A stretch of 64,000 nt of DNA from Bacteroidales bacterium (GTDB taxonomy: Bacteria; Bacteroidota; Bacteroidia; Bacteroidales; Paludibacteraceae). The position numbers and the translations under genes are program-made. The notes under the pieces were generated by a model that was not told the origin of the DNA, did no database searches, and was given only the letters and a program-made list of their open reading frames with translations. This document shows positions 1-8,836 of the stretch, piece after piece. Location of the stretch: contig SUXC01000014.1 of assembly GCA_015061165.1 (NCBI GenBank), positions 3,584 through 67,583 of the forward strand, given 5' to 3'. How positions within the stretch are numbered: position 1 is the stretch's first letter; every line of letters begins with the position of its first letter.

Positions 1-496
1 CCTTAGGAAGACCTGAACGCTCCCATGCCTTGAGATAAGGTTCGGGGTCAGGTTTGCCCTTCGTGACATCAAAAGCCGTAATCATCCTATCGGGGTGAAA
101 AACAGGAGGCAACGCCGTATTCAGATTATCAATCAGCGTGCGCATACCGCTACCCGTTACCACCCAAATCTGGTGTCCCTGCGATTGTACATAGCGCAGC
201 ACATCAGCCACACCATCAATAACCACCGTGCCACCGACTTGATCCGCTAACACGTGAAAGCGCGCAGACTTCTCACCATAGATTTGCTCGACCTCATCGG
301 GTGTCGCTTCGCGATGGCGTTCCTTGAGTATCGCCTCACGGATAATAGACTCGCCTGTTCGGCCTTCGTTGATATAACAATCGCGAGCAGTGAATGAAAG
401 ATTATGCGCCTTCATCACCTCTTCCCACGCCACAGCATGGTGGGGCATTGAGTCAAACAACACCCCATCCATGTCAAAGAAATATGCTTTTTCCAT
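1..496 (-). CDS. HAD-superfamily hydrolase (beta-phosphoglucomutase-like); C-terminal end lies outside the window
   Basis: Reverse-strand reading frame from ATG (rc of 494-496) to the window edge. The N-terminus MEKAYFFDMDGVLFDS carries HAD motif I (DxDGxL). This ORF is not in the supplied track because it is truncated. Confidence 0.8.
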   Translation of the reverse strand, partial: MEKAYFFDMDGVLFDSMPHHAVAWEEVMKAHNLSFTARDCYINEGRTGESIIREAILKERHREATPDEVEQIYGEKSARFHVLADQVGGTVVIDGVADVLRYVQSQGHQIWVVTGSGMRTLIDNLNTALPPVFHPDRMITAFDVTKGKPDPEPYLKAWERSGLPK

Positions 497-513
497 AGTT
501 ATTGCTTATTGAT

Positions 514-3500
514 TTATTCCTTAAAGAACTTGCCAATACGCGTACCTACTTGTACGATATACATACCTGCTGGCAACGAAGCCACCGGCAATGTAGTGAC
601 AGCGCCTTCTACCGCATGGCTCATCACCGCTTTGCCATTCAGGTTATAGACCACAATGGTTTGCTTTGCATCCGCCTCGTTCATAAACACATTGAGGTAT
701 GCCTCAGCAGGATTAGGATAGAGCATGAGCGCCAAACGGTTGTCTGCTGGCAGGTTCTCTACATCCACCGTGCTTTCATCCGCAAAACTGATAGGTTGGG
801 TGCAAGTCTCGCCAAACACGTTGGTGATGAATGCACGTACATACGAGCCTTGATAACCTGCGTAGGAGAACGTGTTGCCTATACCCACCACAGTGCTACG
901 AGCAGATGATGCCGCGCTGGAAGTCTTGTCCGTGGCATAGATCCAATGTACCAATCCATTGGCATGGATAGTGATGGTCTTATTGGTTTCATCCACATGG
1001 ATAGCACTGATACGTGGGGCTTTGCCTTCGCCCGTACCTGCTGGTTCGTAGCAGAAATAGCTCTCGCCTTTGCGCATAGCATCTTTCAGTTCGTCGGTGG
1101 TAAGATCCTCCATGAGCATGAAATTGTAGTTGCGGAAGAGTTGGTCGTTGTTGTGCGCATCATCGCATGAGTAGCCATAAACAGGGCGATGAGGCATAGT
1201 GCGCTGCAAGATTTGATCCCATAGGATACGGTCGTTAGGGCGACGATTGCCTTGGTTGTACACCTCCAAACCAATCAATGATGGGAAGGTAAGGAAGTTA
1301 TTGGCATGCCAACCCGGACCATCTTTTTGGGTCTCACTATAGGTATTGTCAATACTCCAATACTGTCCTGGGTGGTTGATGATTTGCATACCGCCGAGGG
1401 CGTAGGTGTAGGCATATGACTCCTGCAAAGAAGCAAACTCCTGTCCTTGACGACCCGTGAAGAAATCGTTGTGGTGGTTGAATTGTCCGCCTGTGCGCTC
1501 GCTCCAACTGTTGGTATTATCCTTGCTGAGCTCATTGCCCGGAACAGCCAACATACCCAATGCAGCAGGGTCGCGTGCAGGTACGGTGCTCATATATTGG
1601 GGGAATAACTCCCATGGATAAGGGTTGTAGTCATGGTCGGTGAGGGAGAGAATCTTATAGCCCGCAGCATGGTATTTGTCCACAACGTAGGCGGTGGTGA
1701 AGCCATCGCTGGCGTCGTTGGATTGGGTGGTATGGGTATGGAAATTGCCCTTGAATTGGTTGATAGTAGCCCAATCAATATCGGCGTATGGATTGTTGGA
1801 TATAGCAGTATTAATGGTCTGTCCTTCCACCACTTTGACATACACCGCACGGTGCGCCTTGGTGGTAGTGCCGTTGAGTTCGATGTCCAAATAGAAGCCA
1901 TAGATACCACTTTCTGGCGATGAAATCGTATAAAACTCTTCGCCATTGCTACCCTTGCTGAGGGTGATAGCAGAAGAAGGTTGGTTGTTATGATTCATGC
2001 GGAAATGGACATTATAGCCATTCTTGTTGGCAATCTTAACGGACATCTTCACAGATGTACCTGGATGTACGACAGCAGGCTCTACCTTAAAGTATTCCAA
2101 ATCAATATCCGAACTACCCCATGCAGTTTCTTCCACCGTGAGTTGGTTGGTCAGATAGGAGTAACGGACATTGGCTTTCAGGCAGTTAGCCGATACAGTG
2201 GTGCTGACCAATTCGCCCATGTCACTACCCGAGTTCACACTACCATAATGCACGGAAACGGTCTTGTCATCGGTGAGGGAGATAGTGGCTGTCAGTTCGT
2301 AGTTGCTGCCAATAGTCATAGTGGTGCCATTGACCTTGAAGTGCTCAGAAGAAGCAGCAGACTGCTCGTAGCTACCGTCTGCAAACACAGCCACACGCTG
2401 CCAAGAAGTAGTCTTGCGGGTGTTCTTAAAGCCGATGTCTTTGGGCGAAGTGAGTAGCAAATCGCCATCGCAGTTGCTACCACTGTTGAGGTTCCAGTAG
2501 TAGGAGTATTTCTTGCTATCCACAGGAATCTCTTTGATTAAGAGTTGTGCGGGAGTAGCAGTCTTGCCATCGCGGTAGAAATTGCCCTTTTGTGTAGGTG
2601 TGCCATCGCAGGTGAGCGAGGTGGTGCCTTCGCCCTTCATGAAATACCATGTGTGGGCTGTATAATCGGTAGTCTGATAGTTATTGGCTATTCTCGCTCC
2701 CATAGTAGGAACTACGCTTGGTGGACCTTGCACTACTTCTCCGAAGACTAATCCCCATGTACGGTCATCGTGCTCGCCCATGACATCCAAGACGTATGAG
2801 AGATAACCTCGGTTATTGAGCCACTGATTGTAGTAATCAATCTCATCGGTTGTCCAATGGGTATCAGCCGATGTTTGTACAAAAGCAAAGCGAGAGTCGG
2901 TTGGCGTAAGCCGCTCGTTCTCGATGAAACCGCGCATTTCGTATTTATTATACCAAAAAGCAGGGGAGAACATAGCGCATTTGCCAAATAGTTCGGGGTG
3001 CTTCATGGTGGCATAGAAAGCGAAGAGTCCTGCCACATCTGCACCCATGATGGTGCATGCCGATTTATCCGATGAAATCGCATATTTCTGCTCGAAGGCA
3101 GGCTTAAAGTCCTCTACGAATCCTTTGAGGAAAGCATCCGCTTGACCTGTACCCGCGAAGTCCTCGTTCGCCCAAGGAGTAAACTCAGGTAATTGGGCAT
3201 AAATCACGGCTATGATGCCTACTTCAAATCCTTGCTCCTCCAATTCAGCCACCGATTTTGCTACGCCCCATGAGTCGGAATAGAGAATACGGTCGCCCAT
3301 TTCGGTATCAGAACCTGCATCGCGGTAGCGTTGGTGGCGACCAAACATATAGGTAACGGGGTATTGCTTGGTATTGTCATAGTTGGTAGGCAAGAGGATT
3401 TGTACAGGATAATCCTTGCCTGCAAATGTCCAATTCTCTACGATTCCAACGGCAGTATAGGTGTTTCGCCAGCGTGCTACCACATCGGGATTGCCAACGG

Positions 3501-3825
3501 TCTTGCGATTGGACACCTCGCCATTGGAAGCAGTGACTTCCACATATTTCCAATCGGGTCCGCAGACGTATTTATATCCATCGGATGCACTAATATCGGC
3601 AGTCGTAATACCTGCTACCGTAACGGTGAATTGGTCTTTTCCTTCCACTTTGTTCATGGCCACACCCGCCCCCGCAGCCCAACTGCTGAGTTCGGGAAGA
3701 GCACCTACAACGTAGCAATGGGTAGTGCCAGTAGGAACATTTACGCGAAAAGTAACATCGGCTCTTATTGCCGAAGAGATTGCCAAACAAATGCCAATCA
3801 ATAGAAGAGAGAATTGCTGTCTCAT
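514..3825 (-). CDS. Secreted multidomain protein: CBM20-like / esterase-like / PHP phosphoesterase / T9SS C-terminal sorting domain
   Basis: 1103-aa ORF with signal peptide MRQQFSLLLIGICLAISSAIRA. Esterase-family block YPVTYMFGRHQ...IMGADVAG. PHP motif GNFHTHTTQSND...LTDHDY. The C-terminus LYPNPA...VVYNLNGK...GMYIVQV is typical of Por/T9SS sorting domains. Confidence 0.8.
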   Translation of the reverse strand: MRQQFSLLLIGICLAISSAIRADVTFRVNVPTGTTHCYVVGALPELSSWAAGAGVAMNKVEGKDQFTVTVAGITTADISASDGYKYVCGPDWKYVEVTASNGEVSNRKTVGNPDVVARWRNTYTAVGIVENWTFAGKDYPVQILLPTNYDNTKQYPVTYMFGRHQRYRDAGSDTEMGDRILYSDSWGVAKSVAELEEQGFEVGIIAVIYAQLPEFTPWANEDFAGTGQADAFLKGFVEDFKPAFEQKYAISSDKSACTIMGADVAGLFAFYATMKHPELFGKCAMFSPAFWYNKYEMRGFIENERLTPTDSRFAFVQTSADTHWTTDEIDYYNQWLNNRGYLSYVLDVMGEHDDRTWGLVFGEVVQGPPSVVPTMGARIANNYQTTDYTAHTWYFMKGEGTTSLTCDGTPTQKGNFYRDGKTATPAQLLIKEIPVDSKKYSYYWNLNSGSNCDGDLLLTSPKDIGFKNTRKTTSWQRVAVFADGSYEQSAASSEHFKVNGTTMTIGSNYELTATISLTDDKTVSVHYGSVNSGSDMGELVSTTVSANCLKANVRYSYLTNQLTVEETAWGSSDIDLEYFKVEPAVVHPGTSVKMSVKIANKNGYNVHFRMNHNNQPSSAITLSKGSNGEEFYTISSPESGIYGFYLDIELNGTTTKAHRAVYVKVVEGQTINTAISNNPYADIDWATINQFKGNFHTHTTQSNDASDGFTTAYVVDKYHAAGYKILSLTDHDYNPYPWELFPQYMSTVPARDPAALGMLAVPGNELSKDNTNSWSERTGGQFNHHNDFFTGRQGQEFASLQESYAYTYALGGMQIINHPGQYWSIDNTYSETQKDGPGWHANNFLTFPSLIGLEVYNQGNRRPNDRILWDQILQRTMPHRPVYGYSCDDAHNNDQLFRNYNFMLMEDLTTDELKDAMRKGESYFCYEPAGTGEGKAPRISAIHVDETNKTITIHANGLVHWIYATDKTSSAASSARSTVVGIGNTFSYAGYQGSYVRAFITNVFGETCTQPISFADESTVDVENLPADNRLALMLYPNPAEAYLNVFMNEADAKQTIVVYNLNGKAVMSHAVEGAVTTLPVASLPAGMYIVQVGTRIGKFFKE

Positions 3826-3851
3826 AGGTATAATGATTTTGTACGTTTATA

Positions 3852-4610
3852 CTATAAAAATAGTTCTTGTGGATAGTCAATGTGTGTGAGGAAAAGGCCT
3901 TCGGCAGGGGCAGAATCTCCTGCGGCGCAGCGGTTGTGTTGTGCAATGACCTCGGCAAACTGCTCTTTGGTCATCTTACCACGACCCACCTCAAACAATG
4001 TTCCTACTACGGCACGCACCATATTGCGCAAGAAGCGGTCGGCTGCAATAGTGAACACAGCGTGTCCGTTGCCTAATTCTCGCCATTCTGCAAGCGTGAG
4101 GTCGCAAATAGTAGTTTTCACATCCGTATTCGTGCGGCAGAATGAAGCAAAATCCTGTTTGCCAATCAACCATTGCGCTGCCTCGTTCATGGCAGCAAAG
4201 TTCAGTCCTGGGCGCACGCGCGTGGCTTGTTGGCAGAGGAAAGGATCTTTGTGATCCACGATATGGTACTCGTAGGTGCGGCGCACGGCAGAGAACCGCG
4301 CATGCGCATCATCCGTTACAGGATAGATGTCAAAAATAGCGATGGAATCGGGCAAAATGCCGTTGAGGCGAAAGAGCAAATTTTGGCGATTGGCAATTGG
4401 CGATTGGCAATTGGCGAGATCGAAATGCGCATACATCTCGCGCGCATGGACACCCGCATCGGTGCGACCAGCGAAAGTGAGTGGTATCTCCTCGCGGAAA
4501 ATCATAGCCAACGCCTGCTCCATCGTCTCTTGAACAGTAATGCCATTGGGCTGGCGTTGCGAGCCGTGAAAGGCAGTGCCATCGTATGCAAAGCGAATGA
4601 AATAACGCAT
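3852..4610 (-). CDS. truA: tRNA pseudouridine(38-40) synthase TruA
   Basis: 252 aa. MRYFIRFAYDGTAFHGSQRQ and the catalytic GRTDAGVHA motif are canonical TruA. Confidence 0.93.
   Translation of the reverse strand: MRYFIRFAYDGTAFHGSQRQPNGITVQETMEQALAMIFREEIPLTFAGRTDAGVHAREMYAHFDLANCQSPIANRQNLLFRLNGILPDSIAIFDIYPVTDDAHARFSAVRRTYEYHIVDHKDPFLCQQATRVRPGLNFAAMNEAAQWLIGKQDFASFCRTNTDVKTTICDLTLAEWRELGNGHAVFTIAADRFLRNMVRAVVGTLFEVGRGKMTKEQFAEVIAQHNRCAAGDSAPAEGLFLTHIDYPQELFL
4384..4418. repeat. 5 x 7 nt TGGCGAT/TGGCAAT module inside truA
   Basis: tggcgat tggcaat tggcgat tggcaat tggcgag. On the minus strand it encodes ANCQSPIANRQ. Confidence 0.9.
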
Positions 4611-4618
4611 AATTCTTG

Positions 4619-4648
4619 CCTTTAACCTTTAACCTTTAACCTTTAACC
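4619..4648. repeat. CCTTTAA x 4 array at the flippase stop / truA start junction
   Basis: cctttaacctttaacctttaacctttaacc. It contains the flippase stop codon (4629-4631). Confidence 0.9.
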
Positions 4649-6167
4649 AAACATTTCGCACTTGCTGGTTGATTTCGGGGGAGAGGTCTTTGAACCATGC
4701 TACGGCACAACCTCCTCCGATGAGGACTATGGTGCGAATAATACTACTTAACCATATATTATTGATTGGCAAGTAGGCTTGCCACAGGAAATTCAGATTG
4801 AGTATCACCAAAATCAGAAGAAGAATCTTCAGATGTTGGCGCGTGAAAGTGGGTGCACGGAGCGTGTAACGCACTGTCAATGTGATTAATAGGAAATATA
4901 TTGCGTAAGCAATGAGATTGCTAACGGCTGCTCCATTCATACCAAAATAAGGAATGAGAAGATTATTGAGCACTATGGATAGAGCCGTTAGAATAAAGGA
5001 AAACAATAATGAGAAGGCATAGAAGCGGGAATAGTTGAGTGCCGAAGAACTAAACGAGCAAACGGCAATAATGAGTTGGCTGGTGCCTAACATCAATACC
5101 ACTTGGCGGGCAGTAGCGTATGTCTCGCCATTAGGCAGAATATGGAAGATGAGATCAATATTGAGCCAAATGAGGCAAAGAATCATGCCGCCTATGAGCA
5201 AGAGCGTACTGCTGACCTGCTGCATAAGGTGAGCCGTTTCACGCTGATTATTTTCCTTGATAGCCGTTGCTAATTGTGGTGAGGCAATGGCTGTCATGGA
5301 GCGATAGGGTATGCTGACCATTACGGCTATATAGGTAGCAATGGCAAAGATACCTGTATAATTTAGTCCCATCTCAGCGGTAATAAAGAAGGAAGAGAGC
5401 GTTGGTGCAAGCACGCTGGCTACTGCGGAAACGAGCAAAAACCCAGTGTAGAGCAGGTACTGGCGCACCAATGGGCGGTTCTGGCGCAAGAACTCCCAAT
5501 CGGGGCGGAGCGACACTTCACCTAACGAGAATAGATAGACCATATTGCAGCACATAGCCACAGCATATACGCCACACAAGGCTACCACGAAACCATCTAT
5601 ATCCACCACGCGAAACGCATAGAGCAAATAAGCAAGGAGCAATCCGATACGCGTGATGAGTTCGCGCACAGCACGAGGCACTACGATATGCATACGCACA
5701 TTAGCATTGGTCTCAAAAACAGTCTGATAGAGCATAAAGAACGCCATCGGGAGTACCATATAGTAGTACTCTACAAAGAGAGGGGACTTCTCCCCAAACC
5801 AATGACTAAGTGGTTCGTGGCATGCACAATAAATAGCGGTGAATAGGGCGAAACCTACGAGTGGAACAATCAGTGTCCAGAAGAAAAAACCGTGGTCGGA
5901 AGAATTTTGAATTAAGAATTTTGAATTTTGAATTACTTTATTTGAGGAGCTCTTAAAGTGCGGATAGAAGCGAATAATAGAAGATGACGTGCCGAGTTGG
6001 GCAAGTCCGATGAAGAGAGTGGCAGCATCTACCAATACGCGCGCCAGACCAATCTCCTCGGCTGTGAGGAAACGGGTGAGTACGAAGAACGTAGTAACAA
6101 AGCCCACCGCCACCCCAATATAGGTGACGATGGTGCCTTGAAAACTCTGTTTGGCGATGATGCCCAT
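4629..6167 (-). CDS. Wzx/MATE-like oligosaccharide flippase (polysaccharide biosynthesis protein)
   Basis: Polytopic membrane ORF. I place the start at the MGIIAKQSFQGTIVTYIGV methionine (rc ATG 6165-6167), because the track extension to 6239 reads through a repeat array. The stop codon lies inside the CCTTTAA array. Confidence 0.78.
   Translation of the reverse strand: MGIIAKQSFQGTIVTYIGVAVGFVTTFFVLTRFLTAEEIGLARVLVDAATLFIGLAQLGTSSSIIRFYPHFKSSSNKVIQNSKFLIQNSSDHGFFFWTLIVPLVGFALFTAIYCACHEPLSHWFGEKSPLFVEYYYMVLPMAFFMLYQTVFETNANVRMHIVVPRAVRELITRIGLLLAYLLYAFRVVDIDGFVVALCGVYAVAMCCNMVYLFSLGEVSLRPDWEFLRQNRPLVRQYLLYTGFLLVSAVASVLAPTLSSFFITAEMGLNYTGIFAIATYIAVMVSIPYRSMTAIASPQLATAIKENNQRETAHLMQQVSSTLLLIGGMILCLIWLNIDLIFHILPNGETYATARQVVLMLGTSQLIIAVCSFSSSALNYSRFYAFSLLFSFILTALSIVLNNLLIPYFGMNGAAVSNLIAYAIYFLLITLTVRYTLRAPTFTRQHLKILLLILVILNLNFLWQAYLPINNIWLSSIIRTIVLIGGGCAVAWFKDLSPEINQQVRNVWLKVKG
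5902..5936. repeat. 5 x 7 nt GAATTWW module inside the flippase CDS
   Basis: gaatttt gaattaa gaatttt gaatttt gaattac. It encodes KVIQNSKFLIQNS. Confidence 0.9.
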
Positions 6168-6183
6168 AATGCTTCGCGTTATT

Positions 6184-6330
6184 GGTTCGCTGCGCTCACG
6201 AAAGTGATTCGCTTCGCTCATGAAAGTGGTTCGTTCCACTCACGAAAATGGTTTCGCTTCGCTCACGTACGCTTTAGCCACTTTCGTCGCCATCGGCGAC
6301 CACTTTCGCACCTATGGTGCCACTTTCGCA
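6184..6330. repeat. Four direct 22-mers followed by three inverted partial copies
   Basis: Direct units ggttcgctgcgctcacgaaagt / gattcgcttcgctcatgaaagt / ggttcgttccactcacgaaaat / ggtttcgcttcgctcacgtacg (6184-6271). Inverted ccactttcg at 6278, 6300 and 6320. Confidence 0.85.
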
Positions 6331-6342
6331 AACTATGTTTGC

Positions 6343-7596
6343 TTATTTCTCGATGCCAAGCAACTCTACCTCGAAAATGAGAGTAGAATATGGAGGGATA
6401 GAGCCAGCTGCTTGTGAGCCGTAACCCAACTCTTGTGGGATATAGAAGCGGAACTTGCTACCTACAGGCATGAGTTGTACGCCTTCGGTCCAACCTTTGA
6501 TAACTTGGTTCAAACCAAACACGATAGGTTCGCCACGCTCCACGCTGCTGTCGAATACAGTACCATCGATGAGGGTACCATGATAGTGTACTTTCACGCG
6601 ATCAGTAGCAGCAGGTTTCTTGCCACGACCCATCTTCAGTACCTCGTATTGAAGACCGCTATCGGTAACTTTTACGCCCTCTTTGAGTGCGTTTTCAGCC
6701 AAGAACTTCTCGCCGTCTTCTTTCACATTGCCGTACTTGATGTTGTTCATTGTGGTTTGGATATACTCGCCTGCTTGTTCGCCCGTCATGGTGGTGTCGC
6801 CGAGCAAACCATTGATAAAGCCTTGTTTGATGAGTGCGAAATCAGTAGCCAAACTTGGTTCACCAATCAAGCCTTGTGCCTCTTGGTCCTTGATGTTCTT
6901 ACCAATTTGCTCACCCATGCTTACGATTTGTGGGTTCTTCACTTTGCTCTTCAAACCTTTATTGATATTGGTGATGAAGTCCTTTGTGAGCTGACCTGTA
7001 GAGTCCATGAGCAATACATAGCGAGCTACCTCGTCGCCATTGAGATAACCAAAAGCATAGTTGATACTGTCGCTTTGGTTGTTGAGGGCGATCGTTTGCA
7101 CCTTGTAAACGCATTTTGCTTTTACCACTTTGCCTGGCTCGATGCTATCGTTGAGCACAGATGCAGCTTGATATTGTGCTTGGAAGTAGTTGCGTGCATC
7201 TTCTGCCTTCATCACAGTAGTGTCATGACGTAAACCGTTTACCAAACCTTGGAAGAAAATCTTTTGGTTGATAGCCCATGCTGGGTTGTCTGCCAAACCT
7301 GTCTCTTCAGCGCGCTTGATAGCCATACCGATGTTCTTACCGATATTGCCTGCCTCGCTCAACTCCTCAACTGTGCCATCGTAACCGCGTTGGAGCGCAT
7401 CAATAAACTCGGTAACGGTCTCCATAGAGGTGTCATTGCGAAGTTGATACATTTTCATTTGTGCACCGTTCACTAAACCAAGTGCATAGTTCATACTGTC
7501 GTTTTGGTTGGTGAGGGCAACTGTTTTGATTTGATAGGTGTTGCCACACGAAATCATTGCCATAGCAGCAATGAGAAGAATAGATACTTTTTTCAT
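6343..7596 (-). CDS. FKBP-type peptidyl-prolyl cis-trans isomerase lipoprotein (duplicated N-terminal domain)
   Basis: 417 aa. Lipoprotein signal MKKVSILLIAAMAMISCG. C-terminal FKBP core VKVHYHGTLIDGTVFDSS...GWTEG...IPPYSTLIFEVELL. Confidence 0.88.
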   Translation of the reverse strand: MKKVSILLIAAMAMISCGNTYQIKTVALTNQNDSMNYALGLVNGAQMKMYQLRNDTSMETVTEFIDALQRGYDGTVEELSEAGNIGKNIGMAIKRAEETGLADNPAWAINQKIFFQGLVNGLRHDTTVMKAEDARNYFQAQYQAASVLNDSIEPGKVVKAKCVYKVQTIALNNQSDSINYAFGYLNGDEVARYVLLMDSTGQLTKDFITNINKGLKSKVKNPQIVSMGEQIGKNIKDQEAQGLIGEPSLATDFALIKQGFINGLLGDTTMTGEQAGEYIQTTMNNIKYGNVKEDGEKFLAENALKEGVKVTDSGLQYEVLKMGRGKKPAATDRVKVHYHGTLIDGTVFDSSVERGEPIVFGLNQVIKGWTEGVQLMPVGSKFRFYIPQELGYGSQAAGSIPPYSTLIFEVELLGIEK

Positions 7597-7626
7597 TGTT
7601 AATTATATATTTTATTTTATTGGTTT

Positions 7627-8211
7627 TTATTCGATTCCGAGCAACTCTACCGTGAAGATAAGGGCTGCGTATGGAGGGATGTTGGCTCCTGCACCGCGCT
7701 CGCCATATGCCAATTGGTATGGCAAGTAGAGTTTGTATTTGCTACCGATAGACATGAGTTGCAGACCTTCTGTCCAACCTTTGATTACTTGGTTGAGCCC
7801 AAAAGTGATGCTCTCGCCACGTTTGTAGCTGCTATCAAATACGGTGCCATCGATGAGGGTACCCTCATAGTGCACGCGCACTTTGTCGGTGGCTTTAGGT
7901 TTTTGTCCGATGGTTGCCTCCAATACTTCGTATTGCAAACCGCTTTCGGTAACTTTCACACCTTCGCGCTTTGCGTTCTCTGCGAGGAATGCCTCGCCTG
8001 CTGCTTTGGCTTCGCCTGCGATTTTTGCTTCGAGTTCGCTGAAGAACTTGCCCAACACCTGTTGCGCCTCTTGATAAGAGATCTGTGGTTGGTTCTTCTC
8101 TAATACATCCTTGATACCTGCTGCCAAATCAGCATATTCGAGGGAAGTAACGCCACTTCCCATCAGGTTTTGACCCATGCTCAGGCCAATTGCATAACTA
8201 ATTTTATCCAT
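7627..8211 (-). CDS. FKBP-type peptidyl-prolyl cis-trans isomerase
   Basis: 194 aa. FKBP core VRVHYEGTLIDGTVFDSS...VIKGWTEG...IPPYAALIFTVELL. Confidence 0.9.
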   Translation of the reverse strand: MDKISYAIGLSMGQNLMGSGVTSLEYADLAAGIKDVLEKNQPQISYQEAQQVLGKFFSELEAKIAGEAKAAGEAFLAENAKREGVKVTESGLQYEVLEATIGQKPKATDKVRVHYEGTLIDGTVFDSSYKRGESITFGLNQVIKGWTEGLQLMSIGSKYKLYLPYQLAYGERGAGANIPPYAALIFTVELLGIE

Positions 8212-8216
8212 TTCGT

Positions 8217-8834
8217 TTATTTTGTTAGTTGATTCATACGGGTGATATATTTGCCGATAATATCGAACTCAAGGTTCACTTGTGTGCCTACCTCAATATA
8301 CTTGAAATTGGTGTTGTCGTGGGTGTATGGAATGATACATACACTGACATATCCTTTTCCATCCACCACATCGGGTTCGCAGACAGTAAGGCTGACACCA
8401 TTGATACTAACTGACCCTTTGTCCACGCAGAAGTAGCCACGCATAGCCATCTCACGGGTACTCTCATACTCAAAGCGGTAGTACCAACTGCCTTCCGTCT
8501 CTCTGACCTCAATACAACGAGCCGTTTGGTCCACATGTCCCTGTACGATATGTCCGTCTAATCGCTCGCCGAGCAGCATACTACGCTCGAGGTTCACCCA
8601 ATCGCCCTCTTTGGCTTCGCCAAGGTTGGTTCGGTTCAGCGTTTCTTGCATGGCGGTAACGGTATATAGGTCACCGTCCATCTTTACCACCGTGAGGCAT
8701 ACGCCATTGTGCGCGATAGACTGGTCAATACTCAGCGGTTCACCATAAGGGTTGCGCAGCGTGAAGTGCTTATTGCCTTGTTCTTGCTCAATCTGTACGA
8801 TTTGAGCCATTGTTTCTACTATTCCTGAAAACAT
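8217..8834 (-). CDS. ribE: Riboflavin synthase
   Basis: 205 aa starting MFSGIVE. Two lumazine-binding repeats (NGVCLTV / NGVSLTV) are typical of the riboflavin synthase alpha chain. Confidence 0.9.
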   Translation of the reverse strand: MFSGIVETMAQIVQIEQEQGNKHFTLRNPYGEPLSIDQSIAHNGVCLTVVKMDGDLYTVTAMQETLNRTNLGEAKEGDWVNLERSMLLGERLDGHIVQGHVDQTARCIEVRETEGSWYYRFEYESTREMAMRGYFCVDKGSVSINGVSLTVCEPDVVDGKGYVSVCIIPYTHDNTNFKYIEVGTQVNLEFDIIGKYITRMNQLTK

Positions 8835-8836
8835 AC

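Noticed and set aside
6168-6239. N-terminal extensions of track ORFs (6239, 17211, 18568, 19836, 18867, 22223, 32381, 33870, 42628, 42590, 50983, 61326, 61445).
   Set aside because: The extensions read through repeat modules or promoter boxes, or begin at non-ATG codons. An internal ATG follows a consensus -7 box and matches family N-termini.
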